Source of the DNA: Gammaproteobacteria bacterium
Lineage (GTDB): Bacteria; Pseudomonadota; Gammaproteobacteria; Tethybacterales; Persebacteraceae
Assembly (NCBI GenBank): GCA_965243565.1
Contig: OZ251571.1
Location: forward strand, 77,153 to 141,152
DNA length: 64,000 nucleotides
Direction of reading: 5' to 3'
Below, one piece after another: positions 27,961 to 38,076 of this stretch (positions are counted from its first letter, which is position 1; every line of letters begins with the position of its first letter). The notes below the pieces were generated by a model that was not told the DNA's origin, did not search any database, and saw nothing but the letters and a program-made list of their open reading frames with translations. The position numbers and the translations under genes are program-made.

Positions 27961-28782
27961 ATGTCAAAAATTGCCAGTACTTTTCAGAATAAAAATAAAG
28001 AAGCGTTGCTTGTTCCCTTTGTAACAGCAGGCTTTCCTCGTTTGCAATCGACGGTAGAAATAATGCACCAAATCGCTCAATCAGGTGGCGATATTATCGA
28101 ATTAGGGGTTCCATTTTCGGACCCGATGGCGGATGGTCCTGTTATTCAACGTGCCAACGAACGAGCACTAAAAAACGGCGTTACTTTGGATTGGATTATT
28201 GAACAAGTCGCTATTTTTCGTCAAATTGATTCCACTACACCAGTTGTACTAATGGGTTATGCCAATTCTTTTTACCGCATGGGCATGAGCGTATTTTTAA
28301 CAAAAGCAAAAGAAGTTGCCATTGATGGCGTTATTATCGTTGATTTATCCGATGTCGATAGAGCGCGCTGGCAGCCTGATTATAAAGCCAGTGGGATAGA
28401 TATTATTTCGCTTATTGCGCCCACCACATCAGCAGAACGAATCGACAATATTGTAAAAAATGCCGATGGTTTTTTGTACTATATATCGCTTAGAGGTGTT
28501 ACTGGAGCCGCCAATTTACGGGTTGAGCAGATTGACAAAGAGGTTAAAGCCATTAAACAAAAAACGTCGATTCCGTTGGCGGTTGGTTTTGGTGTGCGTG
28601 AACCTAAGCAGGCCGCTGAGCTAGCCACGATTGTTGATGGGGTTGTGATAGGTAGCCGTTTGATAGAATTAGCAGAGGCCAATGAAGATGACTGTGCTAC
28701 AGTGATAGGGCGGTTTATTGGTGAAGTGAGTGCTGAATTGGAAAAAAATGAGCTGGTTATCAGAAATACTACCTGGATTTAA
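27961..28782 (+). CDS. trpA: Tryptophan synthase alpha chain
   Basis: IELGVPFSDPMADGPVIQ, LMGYAN, GVTG, VGFG, DGVVIGS. Confidence 0.97.
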   Translation: MSKIASTFQNKNKEALLVPFVTAGFPRLQSTVEIMHQIAQSGGDIIELGVPFSDPMADGPVIQRANERALKNGVTLDWIIEQVAIFRQIDSTTPVVLMGYANSFYRMGMSVFLTKAKEVAIDGVIIVDLSDVDRARWQPDYKASGIDIISLIAPTTSAERIDNIVKNADGFLYYISLRGVTGAANLRVEQIDKEVKAIKQKTSIPLAVGFGVREPKQAAELATIVDGVVIGSRLIELAEANEDDCATVIGRFIGEVSAELEKNELVIRNTTWI

Positions 28783-29599
28783 AAAGAAAGCGCAGGCGAA
28801 GGACAGCCGTATTCCTGAAGACCTTTGGGAAAAATGTGCACAGTGTGGTGCTACTAATTACACGGTTGAAATGGAAAAAACAAAATATGTTTGTCCTCGT
28901 TGTGACTACCATAAACGTATAAACGTTACTCAACGCGTATCAGTCACTTTTGATGTGGACTCGCCTGTCGAAGAAATAGGCTCTAATATTCGTAGTATTG
29001 ATGTCATTAAATTTAATGATGGTCAATCTTATGACGAAAAACTAAATAAAAAACAAAACGGCGATGCCCGCAAAGAAGCAGCACATGTGTATTATGGAAA
29101 TATAAAACAAACGCCTATTGTTGCTTTTATTTTTGATTTTTCATTTATGGGTGGTTCAATGGGCAGTGTGGTTGGCGAGCGTTTTGTTAAAGGGGTTAAT
29201 AAAGCAATTGAAATGAAAGTGCCTTTTGTTACGTTTTCTGCTTCAGGTGGTGCACGAATGCAAGAAGGGCTTTTATCGCTTTTTCAGATGGGAAAAACCA
29301 CATCGGCTTTGTCACGGCTTTCGCGTGTTGGGCTTCCTCATATTAGTATATTAACTGATCCAACCACCGGCGGTGTGGCTGCCAGCTATGCTTTAATAGG
29401 TGATGTTATCGTGGCTGAGCCAAACGCACTCATTGGCTTTGCAGGACCTCGCGTTATCCAAGAGACAGTGAGAGAAAAACTGCCTGAAGGGTTTCAACGA
29501 AGTCAATTTTTATATGACCATGGCGCAATTGATATTATTTGTGACCGACGGGAATTAAGGGATAAACTCCATACTCTATTTGAATTACTAAAAAAATAA
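28748..29599 (+). CDS. accD: Acetyl-CoA carboxylase carboxyltransferase beta subunit
   Basis: MSWL start, C4 zinc finger, FMGGSMGSVVGE, SGGARMQE, PTTGGV, GFAGPRVI. Confidence 0.97.
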   Translation: MSWLSEILPGFKKKAQAKDSRIPEDLWEKCAQCGATNYTVEMEKTKYVCPRCDYHKRINVTQRVSVTFDVDSPVEEIGSNIRSIDVIKFNDGQSYDEKLNKKQNGDARKEAAHVYYGNIKQTPIVAFIFDFSFMGGSMGSVVGERFVKGVNKAIEMKVPFVTFSASGGARMQEGLLSLFQMGKTTSALSRLSRVGLPHISILTDPTTGGVAASYALIGDVIVAEPNALIGFAGPRVIQETVREKLPEGFQRSQFLYDHGAIDIICDRRELRDKLHTLFELLKK

Positions 29600-29632
29600 A
29601 GCCATGCAAACAGACGTAAAGAGCAAAGACCA

Positions 29633-30886
29633 ATGAGTTTGCTTTTTGTCAGCGAATCAGAACAATGGGTAATTGACAATGCAGGCCTACCCTCTGTTAT
29701 TGATTTAGGCTTGGATCAAGTTCGGCGAATTACCGACAAAATGAACTTGGGACAATCGCTTTCTGTTATTGCTATTGGTGGTACCAATGGCAAGGGTTCG
29801 GTAGGAAAAATGGTAGCCGATATTCTGACGGCAGCAGGACATCGAGTCGGTCACTATACATCGCCGCATGTCAGTTCGTTTTTTGAGCGAATTTGTATCA
29901 ATGGCGAACAAGCAAAAAATGCTCAATTTTTACAGTCGTTACAAGCTGTGACCGAGCAATCTGCAAAAGGTGAGATCACTTACTTTGAAATGCTAACGCT
30001 GGCGGCGGTTCATTATTTTGAAGCAGAAAAATGCGATGTGGCGATAATGGAGGTTGGCTTGGGCGGGCGTTTGGATGCTGTTAATGTCTTTGACTCTATA
30101 GCGACGGTTATTACCAATATTGCGATGGATCACATGGAATTTTTGGGTAATACACGAGATAAAATAGCCATTGAAAAAGCCGGCATTTGTCGGCGAGATA
30201 AACCTGTTATCATTGGTGATAAAAAACCACCCGCCGCATTATTGGCGATGGTCGAAAAAATAGGTGCGTCTGTATTTTGCATTGGCAAGGATTTTAAAAC
30301 CACCGATAATTTAAGCAATCGCAGTTGGCATTACCAAGGTATCTCGCGACAGTTATATAATTTAAACAAACCATCAATACAAGGCAAACATCAAATTAAT
30401 AATGCCGCCTGTGCGTTGGCATTGTTAGAAAGTATCAATAAACAATGGTGGCCCGGCGTGGGTTGTATTCGTGCGGGGTTTCATTCGGCCTTTTTACTGG
30501 GGCGTACACAGGTATTGGCAGGCAAGCCTGCGGTTGTTTTGGATGTGGCGCATAATGTGGCAGCGGCAAAAGTATTAGATGATTTTTTATTATCGATGGG
30601 ATTGTTTTCTATCACTCGGGCACTAATAGGGATACGTGCTGATAAGGATTTTTTTGGTTTTGTTGACACGATGTTCGGTAGAATAGATGAATGGTATATT
30701 GGCGATATTGATAATGGGGTATGCAAACAAACACTTTCGAAATATCTTGAGCAAAAAGGTGGACGGGTCCAATGTTTTTCATCGGTTAAAGAAGCTGCAA
30801 AAAAAATCCACGAAGTTAGCCGTGAGGATGATAGAATTGTGATAACAGGTTCATTTTTAACAGTGGCAGAATTTTTACAAAAATGA
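29633..30886 (+). CDS. folC: Dihydrofolate synthase/folylpolyglutamate synthase
   Basis: IDLGL, GTNGKGS, YTSPH, EVGLGGRLDAVN, LDVAHN, GSF. Confidence 0.95.
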   Translation: MSLLFVSESEQWVIDNAGLPSVIDLGLDQVRRITDKMNLGQSLSVIAIGGTNGKGSVGKMVADILTAAGHRVGHYTSPHVSSFFERICINGEQAKNAQFLQSLQAVTEQSAKGEITYFEMLTLAAVHYFEAEKCDVAIMEVGLGGRLDAVNVFDSIATVITNIAMDHMEFLGNTRDKIAIEKAGICRRDKPVIIGDKKPPAALLAMVEKIGASVFCIGKDFKTTDNLSNRSWHYQGISRQLYNLNKPSIQGKHQINNAACALALLESINKQWWPGVGCIRAGFHSAFLLGRTQVLAGKPAVVLDVAHNVAAAKVLDDFLLSMGLFSITRALIGIRADKDFFGFVDTMFGRIDEWYIGDIDNGVCKQTLSKYLEQKGGRVQCFSSVKEAAKKIHEVSREDDRIVITGSFLTVAEFLQK

Positions 30887-31941
30887 CTGAGCAAAAAAAA
30901 ACAAAAGACGACGTAGAACAGTCATTTGCTATGGAGATTGTACGTGAACGAAAAAAAATAATTCAACGGCTGGTTGGTGCAGGTGTTGTCTTTGTTTTTA
31001 CGTTATTACTTTGGCATTATGGCAGTACGTTTCCGCCGCAATTTAAACAAACCGAAGCCAAACTTCCTTTTCCGTTAGCAGAAGAAGTCATTGAATGGGA
31101 AGAGCCGAAGCCCATTGTGCCACTAATAGAAATCGCAGAGTTAGAGCCTGAGCCAGAGTTAAAAATAGTGAAATCACAGGAAGAAGAAACATCGTCCGAA
31201 AAAATGGTAAAACCCGAGCCAAAAGAAACGAATGATGAAATATTTGACGCGAATATTCAAATCATTGAAGCCGATACGACTGTTGAAAAATCCAAAAAAG
31301 AGCCCGATGAAAAACCTCAGGTAAAAGAAAAACCCGTATTAAAAGACAAAACAGAGAGCGTTGAAGAAAAGAAAACAGAGGCATTAGATCCGATTTGGGC
31401 CTCTTTTAAAGAGCCTGTTAAAAAGCCGCTTCCCAAGCCCATAAAATTTAAAGAAAGAAATACAGATAACCTACTGCCGTGGCCATCTGCTAAAGGATTG
31501 GATAAAAAAACCACATTTCAAGTAGGTAGTTTTAAAGACGAAAACAATGCCAAACAATTTGCCAAAGCGCTAACGAAATTGCATTTAACTGTCGAAATAA
31601 AAAAACAAGCCTCTTTTCATCGAGTATTTGTTAAAAATGTCAACAGCATTGCAGAGCTAAGAGAAATCAATCAACATCTTGCGAATTTATCAAATAACAT
31701 TGAAAAGTCTTTGTATGCTGTGCAAGTCGGTGCCTTTAGTCAGTCCTCTCGGGTGCAAAAAATTATTGAACATTTAAAGGCAGAAGGTTATAAAGTGCAA
31801 GTTCAGCCAACCACTCGAAAGGGGGTTAAAATTTCCCGAATACGAGTGGTTGGCCTTAATACGCAAGAAGCGGCAGAAACCACTCGATTACAATTAATTA
31901 CAAAGGGGTACAATCATTCGACTGTTATTAATTTGAAATGA
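30883..31941 (+). CDS. dedD: DedD-like cell division protein with two SPOR domains
   Basis: QRLVGA N-terminal TM motif, Glu/Lys/Pro-rich linker, FQVGSF and VQVGAF SPOR starts; folC-dedD-cvpA order. Confidence 0.8.
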   Translation: MTEQKKTKDDVEQSFAMEIVRERKKIIQRLVGAGVVFVFTLLLWHYGSTFPPQFKQTEAKLPFPLAEEVIEWEEPKPIVPLIEIAELEPEPELKIVKSQEEETSSEKMVKPEPKETNDEIFDANIQIIEADTTVEKSKKEPDEKPQVKEKPVLKDKTESVEEKKTEALDPIWASFKEPVKKPLPKPIKFKERNTDNLLPWPSAKGLDKKTTFQVGSFKDENNAKQFAKALTKLHLTVEIKKQASFHRVFVKNVNSIAELREINQHLANLSNNIEKSLYAVQVGAFSQSSRVQKIIEHLKAEGYKVQVQPTTRKGVKISRIRVVGLNTQEAAETTRLQLITKGYNHSTVINLK

Positions 31942-32645
31942 CAGAATTTAATTGGATAGACATGGTCGCAATTTCTATAATTGGTCTGTCAATGTTATAT
32001 GGTCTATTTCGTGGCTTTATCATGACGGTATTTAGTTTGGCTGGCATGGTCGTTGGCTTTTTTGTCTCCAAAAACTATGGAGGAACATTGACTTTGTCTT
32101 TAACCGATATATTAGGAGATTCTTTTTCTATCATTATTTTGGGCTATGTTATCTCCTTTTTATCTGTCGTTGCTTTATTCTTAGTAGTGAGTTTGCTTTT
32201 AAAAAAATTAGTAGCATTATTAAAACTGGGTATTGTTGATAGCTTGGGTGGATTGTTTTTTGGTTTTGTCCGTGGTGCTTTTTTTATGGTATTAATCATA
32301 TTGGTTTTGTCCATTACACCAATTGTCAGTACGACGAGCTGGCAATCAGCGCTGGCTGTTTCGGTAGGAGGGACTATTATTAAAACGTCGTTGCAGATAC
32401 CTTTTTTTAATGAATATCAAGAGGTTGTCACTTTCGATTCGCAAAATCGCCCTAAAATAGAAGTAGCCGCTGCTAGTTTGTTATTGGATAAAACACCTCT
32501 TTCGGCAGAAGAGTTATTAAAAAACGCCTTGCCGTTGGCTAAAGTTGATGAAATAAAAACCGAAGGTGACCCAGTAATTGAAAATACTTCGGACGAAGTA
32601 AAAGAACCAACAAAAGAAGCAGCAGAAGTGCTCGAAAAGGAATAA
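31938..32645 (+). CDS. cvpA: CvpA family membrane protein
   Basis: WID..GLFRGF..D.LGGLFFGFVRG; synteny. Confidence 0.88.
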   Translation: MTEFNWIDMVAISIIGLSMLYGLFRGFIMTVFSLAGMVVGFFVSKNYGGTLTLSLTDILGDSFSIIILGYVISFLSVVALFLVVSLLLKKLVALLKLGIVDSLGGLFFGFVRGAFFMVLIILVLSITPIVSTTSWQSALAVSVGGTIIKTSLQIPFFNEYQEVVTFDSQNRPKIEVAAASLLLDKTPLSAEELLKNALPLAKVDEIKTEGDPVIENTSDEVKEPTKEAAEVLEKE

Positions 32646-32646
32646 T

Positions 32647-32979
32647 ATGGATTTATATACGACAATTACCGAAACATTGGTAGAAGGCAAAGCTGAAAAT
32701 ATTGTTACACTGTCAACGATAAAACAATCCGGTGGATTATTTTCTCAAAAAATAATCGTTTCTGGAACGTCAGGGCGGCATGTAAGAGCATTGGCAAATC
32801 GATTGCTAAAAGCACTAAAACCAATGGGTGTAAAAAGATCAAGTGTTGAAATTTCTGAAGATGAGAATTGGGCTTTGGTTGATTGTGGTGATGTTATTGT
32901 TCATATCATGCAAGAAGAAGCACGGGATTATTACCATTTGGAATCATTGTGGGGGTTTGAATCTTCCGCATCATCTTAA
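32647..32979 (+). CDS. rsfS: Ribosome silencing factor
   Basis: KAENI, SGTSGRHV, WALVDCGDVIVHIM..R.YY.LE.LW. Confidence 0.93.
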   Translation: MDLYTTITETLVEGKAENIVTLSTIKQSGGLFSQKIIVSGTSGRHVRALANRLLKALKPMGVKRSSVEISEDENWALVDCGDVIVHIMQEEARDYYHLESLWGFESSASS

Positions 32980-32989
32980 ATAAAGATAA

Positions 32990-33430
32990 GTGAAGCAAGT
33001 AAAAATTATTGTCGTTTCCTCACATTACCCTTCTTGGGCGGTCCAAGCAGAAGGATTTTATAAAAAACAAATTCGTGGTTTTCGTATTGAGGTTGAGCAA
33101 ATTCGTCCCGTGGGCAATGTCGAAAAAGAATCAATTTCGGTTTTGGCTAAATTGCCAAAAAACCACGGTATTATTTTGCTGGATGTCTTGGGTGATGTCT
33201 TAACGAGCGAAAATTTTGCCAATCAAATAAGTTTATGGCTAACCAGTGACAAAGCACCAGTTTTTGTAATAGGCGGACCCAATGGTGTAGGAGAGCGTTT
33301 AAAGAACGTTGCCATGAGTAAAATATCATTGTCTGCCATGACATTGCCCCATGCTATTGCTCGATTAATGCTGGTGGAACAGCTGTTTAGATTTGACTGC
33401 ATCGCTCGTAATCACCCTTATCCACGCTAA
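32990..33430 (+). CDS. rlmH: 23S rRNA pseudouridine-1915 N3-methyltransferase
   Basis: FVIGGPNG, SLSAMTLPH, EQLFR, HPYPR; follows rsfS. Confidence 0.92.
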   Translation: MKQVKIIVVSSHYPSWAVQAEGFYKKQIRGFRIEVEQIRPVGNVEKESISVLAKLPKNHGIILLDVLGDVLTSENFANQISLWLTSDKAPVFVIGGPNGVGERLKNVAMSKISLSAMTLPHAIARLMLVEQLFRFDCIARNHPYPR

Positions 33431-33492
33431 TATTTTTGTGATAGTTTGGGCTTTTGTGTAAGATAGAGCTTAAATATAACAAAAGGACGATT

Positions 33493-36174
33493 ATGAAAAA
33501 CAATGCTATAGACAGAGATGTGGAAGAAACGATTGATTGGGTGGATGCTTTTGAGGCGGTAATAGAGCATCAAGGACCGCAACGAGCACGGTTTTTGTTA
33601 AAAAAAATCATGGACGAGGCAATCAAAAATGGAATTTTGGTGCCTCATTCTGCAACAACGCCTTATGTTAATACGATAAAACCAGACAATGAGCAGCCTT
33701 CACCTGGCGATCATGAAATCGAGCATTCCATTCGTTCGTATGTGCGTTGGAATGCACTGGCAATGGTGATTCGAGCGAATCAAAAGCCGGGCGATTTGGG
33801 CGGACATATTGCCAGTTTTGCCTCATCGGCAACGTTGTACGATGTGGGGTACAATCACTTTTTTAGAGGCTCCATTAAAAATGGTGACGAGTCGTTGCCG
33901 GGAGACCTGGTTTATTTTCAGGGGCATACCGCACCGGGGGTTTATGCCCGTGCGTATCTTAGTGGGCGTTTGAACGAAGGGCAATTGGATAAATTTCGTA
34001 TGGAAGTCAAGGGCGGTGGTTTGTCCTCGTACCCGCACCCGTGGTTAATGCCTTCTTTTTGGCAGTTTCCAACTGTGTCGATGGGATTGGGACCAATTAT
34101 GGCGATTTATCAAGCGCGTTTTATGAAGTACCTAGAAAATCGCCAGTTAATTCCCAAAAGTAATCGAAAAATTTGGGCATTTGTTGGCGATGGCGAAATG
34201 GATGAACCTGAATCTTTGGGCGCTATTTCTTTGGCAGCAAGAGAAGGCTTGGATAATTTAATATTTGTTGTTAATTGTAATTTACAACGATTGGATGGAC
34301 CTGTTCGTGGCAATGGAAAAATCATTCAAGAATTAGAAGGTGCTTTTCGTGGTGCTGGCTGGAATGCCATTAAAGTCATTTGGGGATCGTATTGGGATGA
34401 TTTATTGCGGCGCGATGAAAAAGGCTTGTTGCAAAAAAGAATGGAAGAAGCGTTGGATGGCGATTATCAAACATATCGTGCCAATAGTGGCGATTATATT
34501 CGTAAGCACTTTTTTGGCAAATATCCCGAGCTGCACGCAATGGTAAATAGTATGACGGATGCTGATATATGGCGGCTTAATCGAGGCGGGCATGACCCTC
34601 ATAAAATTTTCGCTGCCTATCATTCTGCCTTTAATTCTAAGGACGAAAAACCGACGGTTATTTTAGCTAAAACTATCAAAGGCTATCATTTGGGGGCGGA
34701 TGGAGAAGCACGAAATACGGCGCATCAACAAAAGAAAATCAGTTTGGAAACATTAAAAAAAGCACAACAGCGGTGGAAGATTCCATTATCGGAAGAAGAG
34801 ATTGAAAAAGCGGCGTATTATCGACCAGATCCTGATTCAAAAGAAAGCAAGTATTTGCACCAACGCATCGAAGAGATGGGCGGAATGCTTCCTGAACGAA
34901 AAACCAAGGTAGATTCTTTTAAAATTCCCGATAATATTTTTGATGGTATGCACCAAAGCAGTGGTGAGCGTACTTTTTCAACGACTATGGCATTTGTGCG
35001 TCTTTTATCGGCGTTGGTGCGTGATAAATCGTTGGGCAAATATGTGGTGCCAATCGTGCCAGATGAATCTCGTACGTTTGGTATGGAAGGGATGTTTCGC
35101 CAGTTGGGTATTTATTCGCGTTTGGGACAGCTTTATTCCCCCGAAGACGCAGATGAACTCATGTATTATCGCGAAGACCAAAAAGGACAAATATTACAAG
35201 AAGGTATTTGCGAGGCAGGTGCTATGTCGTCATGGATGGCAGCGGCAACGGCGTATTCCAACTATGGTTTGCAAATGATTCCTTTTTATATTTTTTATTC
35301 GATGTTTGGGTTTCAACGAGTGGGTGATTTGGCTTGGGCGGCGGGTGATATGCGGTCGCGTGGCTTCTTGTTGGGAGCGACATCTGGACGCACCACACTC
35401 AATGGAGAAGGGCTGCAACACGAGGATGGTCACAGCCAAATTCAGGCACAGTTAATCCCGAATTGCCGTTCTTATGATCCTACATTTGGTTATGAATTAG
35501 CGATTATTATGCATGATGGTTTGGTGCGAATGTTCGATGAACAACGCGATGAATTTTATTACATAACGTTGATGAACGAAAATTATTCGCATCCAGCGTT
35601 GCCAGATGATATTGATGTTCGAGAAAATATTTTAAAAGGAGGTTATTTGTTACGCTGTAGTACAGGTGATGAGTCGCAACCCAAAATTAGGTTGTTGGGG
35701 TGTGGTGCAATACTAAATGAATCACTACGGGCGGCAGATATGCTAGAAGAAAAATTTAACATACGCGCCGATGTTTATAGTATTACCAGTTTTAATCATC
35801 TAGCGCGCGATGGGCAAGAGTGCCAGCGCTGGAATTTACACAATCCTGACAAAGAGCAAAAAGTCCCTCATATTTCAAAACTATTAATGGGTGATGATGC
35901 TCCCGTTATTGCTGCGACTGACTATATTAAATTATTTTCTGATCAAATCCGTGGTTTTGTTCCTGCCGATTATATTGTTTTAGGAACCGATGGATTTGGT
36001 CGTTCGGATACTCGACAAAATTTGCGTCAACATTTTGAAGTCAGCAGTGATTATATTGTGTTTGCGGCTGTGAGTGCACTTGCTAAACAAGAAAAAATTG
36101 AGACAACAATGCTTGCTAAAGTGGTAAAGGAGTTAGGTATTGATACTGATAAAGCAAATCCCTTGTATCAATAA
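33493..36174 (+). CDS. aceE: Pyruvate dehydrogenase E1 (homodimeric type)
   Basis: GGHIAS, SSYPHP, GDGEMDEPE, NLQRLDGPVRGN, GEGLQH, GTDGFGRSD; AAAGGA before ATG 33493. Confidence 0.97.
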   Translation: MKNNAIDRDVEETIDWVDAFEAVIEHQGPQRARFLLKKIMDEAIKNGILVPHSATTPYVNTIKPDNEQPSPGDHEIEHSIRSYVRWNALAMVIRANQKPGDLGGHIASFASSATLYDVGYNHFFRGSIKNGDESLPGDLVYFQGHTAPGVYARAYLSGRLNEGQLDKFRMEVKGGGLSSYPHPWLMPSFWQFPTVSMGLGPIMAIYQARFMKYLENRQLIPKSNRKIWAFVGDGEMDEPESLGAISLAAREGLDNLIFVVNCNLQRLDGPVRGNGKIIQELEGAFRGAGWNAIKVIWGSYWDDLLRRDEKGLLQKRMEEALDGDYQTYRANSGDYIRKHFFGKYPELHAMVNSMTDADIWRLNRGGHDPHKIFAAYHSAFNSKDEKPTVILAKTIKGYHLGADGEARNTAHQQKKISLETLKKAQQRWKIPLSEEEIEKAAYYRPDPDSKESKYLHQRIEEMGGMLPERKTKVDSFKIPDNIFDGMHQSSGERTFSTTMAFVRLLSALVRDKSLGKYVVPIVPDESRTFGMEGMFRQLGIYSRLGQLYSPEDADELMYYREDQKGQILQEGICEAGAMSSWMAAATAYSNYGLQMIPFYIFYSMFGFQRVGDLAWAAGDMRSRGFLLGATSGRTTLNGEGLQHEDGHSQIQAQLIPNCRSYDPTFGYELAIIMHDGLVRMFDEQRDEFYYITLMNENYSHPALPDDIDVRENILKGGYLLRCSTGDESQPKIRLLGCGAILNESLRAADMLEEKFNIRADVYSITSFNHLARDGQECQRWNLHNPDKEQKVPHISKLLMGDDAPVIAATDYIKLFSDQIRGFVPADYIVLGTDGFGRSDTRQNLRQHFEVSSDYIVFAAVSALAKQEKIETTMLAKVVKELGIDTDKANPLYQ

Positions 36175-36593
36175 TTTTTAAAAATATCAAGTGTTTGCTT
36201 GCTGATATGATGTTCGATTCCTTCAGCGTCAAACTCGGCAATGCTTTCTGGAACACCGAGTTTGATTAGAAAATTTAATACTATTTCATGACGTTTCTTG
36301 CATTTTTTGGCAAGAGTGGTGCCTTTGCGGCTAAGCCGTAATGAACGATAAGGTTCATTTTCGAGATACCCTTCTTTTTTCATGCGGGAAATGATTTTAC
36401 TGACAGTGGCGCAACTGATGCCCATGTGTTTGGCAATATCGCTGGAACGGGCTTCTGCTTGTGAATCTCTAATTTGAGCAATTAACTCAACATAATCTTC
36501 AGTGGATTCATGGCGGTGTGCCAGACGGACGCGTGAAAACCACTGGGCTTGAGTTTCAGGTTTGGTTGGAGTATTTTTGTCATTTTTTGTCAT
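36168..36593 (-). CDS. mntR: Manganese-responsive DtxR-family repressor
   Basis: F..VRLAH..E..EDYVELI, PYR, RH..V..FL..LGV, DAEGIEHH; two-domain E. coli MntR type. Confidence 0.92.
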   Translation of the reverse strand: MTKNDKNTPTKPETQAQWFSRVRLAHRHESTEDYVELIAQIRDSQAEARSSDIAKHMGISCATVSKIISRMKKEGYLENEPYRSLRLSRKGTTLAKKCKKRHEIVLNFLIKLGVPESIAEFDAEGIEHHISKQTLDIFKNY

Positions 36594-36642
36594 GATGTCA
36601 TTTTTTTAAAATTATTTTAATGGATTCGAAAAAGGTTAAGTT

Positions 36643-36670
36643 TTGCTAAGTTTTTTCACCTCTGTATAAT
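36643..36670 (+). promoter_or_regulatory. Sigma70 promoter of leuC
   Basis: TTGCTA-16-TATAAT; ATG only 8 nt downstream and no SD. Confidence 0.55.
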
Positions 36671-36678
36671 TCTAAACT

Positions 36679-38076
36679 ATGGATGCCAAAACACTCTACG
36701 AAAAAATATTAGAAAAACATATTGTACGTATCGATGACGATTCACTTTTGCTTTATATTGACCGTCATTTAATCCACGAAGTAACCAGCCCGCAAGCATT
36801 TGATGGAATGCGGATGCAAAAAAATGCTTTATGGCGACCAAATTCTATCCTTGCGGTGCCAGATCACAATGTCCCTACCAGTGAAAACCGAGAGCAAGTT
36901 TTTGATGAAACTTCACGCTTGCAGATTGAGGCGTTAGATTCAAATTGTGCTGAATTTAATGTTCAAAAAATAGAAATGCTTGATAAGCGACAAGGCATTG
37001 TTCATGTAATTGGTCCTGAGCAAGGGGCAACTTTGCCTGGTATGACAATTGTCTGTGGTGATTCTCATACCAGTACGCATGGTGCGTTTGGCTGTTTGGC
37101 TTTTGGTATCGGCACCACCGAAATAGAGCATGTATTGGCAACGCAATGCCTTGTATCGCAACGTGCTAAAACAATGCAAATACAGGTTAATGGAATATTA
37201 AAAAAAGGCGTTGAAGCAAAAGACATTGTTTTGGCTTTAATTCGCAAAATTGGTACGGCTGGTGGCACGGGGTATGTTTTTGAATACGCTGGAGACGTAA
37301 TTGAAAATTTATCAATGGCAGGACGTATGACTATTTGTAATATGTCCATCGAAGCCGGTGCTAGAGCTGGCATGATAGCGGTTGATCAAACCACATTGGA
37401 TTATCTAAAGAACCGCCCAATGGCACCCAAAGGCGAGCAATGGGACATGGCATGTGACTATTGGAAAACGCTAAAAAGTGATGAAGGAGCTGTCTTTAAT
37501 AGAGTATTGGAAATGGATGCCAGTGAGATTAAACCACAAATTTCTTGGGGAACGTCGCCTGAAATGGTGATTGGTATTGATGAAAAAATACCCAATCCAG
37601 CCAATGAGCCTGATGCGATACGAAGTGAAAACATGCAACGTGCTTTATCCTATATGGGGCTTACAGCAGATATGCCAATAACGGAAATTCAACTGGATCA
37701 AATTTTTATTGGGTCTTGTACCAATGCTCGAATCGAAGATTTACGAGCGGCAGCAGCGGTATTAGAAGGAAAAACCATAGCGCCCACCATAAAAAGGGCA
37801 TTGGTGGTACCGGGGTCTGGGTTAATACGTCAGCAAGCCGAAAAAGAAGGGCTTGATAAAATATTTAAACAAGCCGGTTTTGAATGGCGGCAAGCGGGTT
37901 GTTCAATGTGTTTGGGAATGAACGAAGACAAAATGGGGGAATACGAACGTTGTGCCTCAACGTCTAATCGCAATTTTGAAGGTCGCCAAGGCTATAAATC
38001 TAGAACTCACTTGGTGAGTCCAACAATGGCTGCCGCCGCTTCAATCAAGGGAAAGTTTGTTGATACAACGCTTTAA
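36679..38076 (+). CDS. leuC: 3-isopropylmalate dehydratase large subunit
   Basis: [42 protein letters not shown]. Confidence 0.97.
   Translation: MDAKTLYEKILEKHIVRIDDDSLLLYIDRHLIHEVTSPQAFDGMRMQKNALWRPNSILAVPDHNVPTSENREQVFDETSRLQIEALDSNCAEFNVQKIEMLDKRQGIVHVIGPEQGATLPGMTIVCGDSHTSTHGAFGCLAFGIGTTEIEHVLATQCLVSQRAKTMQIQVNGILKKGVEAKDIVLALIRKIGTAGGTGYVFEYAGDVIENLSMAGRMTICNMSIEAGARAGMIAVDQTTLDYLKNRPMAPKGEQWDMACDYWKTLKSDEGAVFNRVLEMDASEIKPQISWGTSPEMVIGIDEKIPNPANEPDAIRSENMQRALSYMGLTADMPITEIQLDQIFIGSCTNARIEDLRAAAAVLEGKTIAPTIKRALVVPGSGLIRQQAEKEGLDKIFKQAGFEWRQAGCSMCLGMNEDKMGEYERCASTSNRNFEGRQGYKSRTHLVSPTMAAAASIKGKFVDTTL

Noticed and set aside
29604-29636. 10-codon ORF MQTDVKSKDQ overlapping the folC start (ATGA)
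   Set aside because: FolC looks complete from 29633, and an ORF this short is expected by chance.
31141-31160. GAGCC(T/A) repeats in dedD
   Set aside because: They simply encode an in-frame EPEPE low-complexity linker.
36636-36649. Possible MntR autoregulatory box TTAAG-tttt-GCTAA upstream of mntR
   Set aside because: Only one good half-site, and it coincides with the leuC -35.
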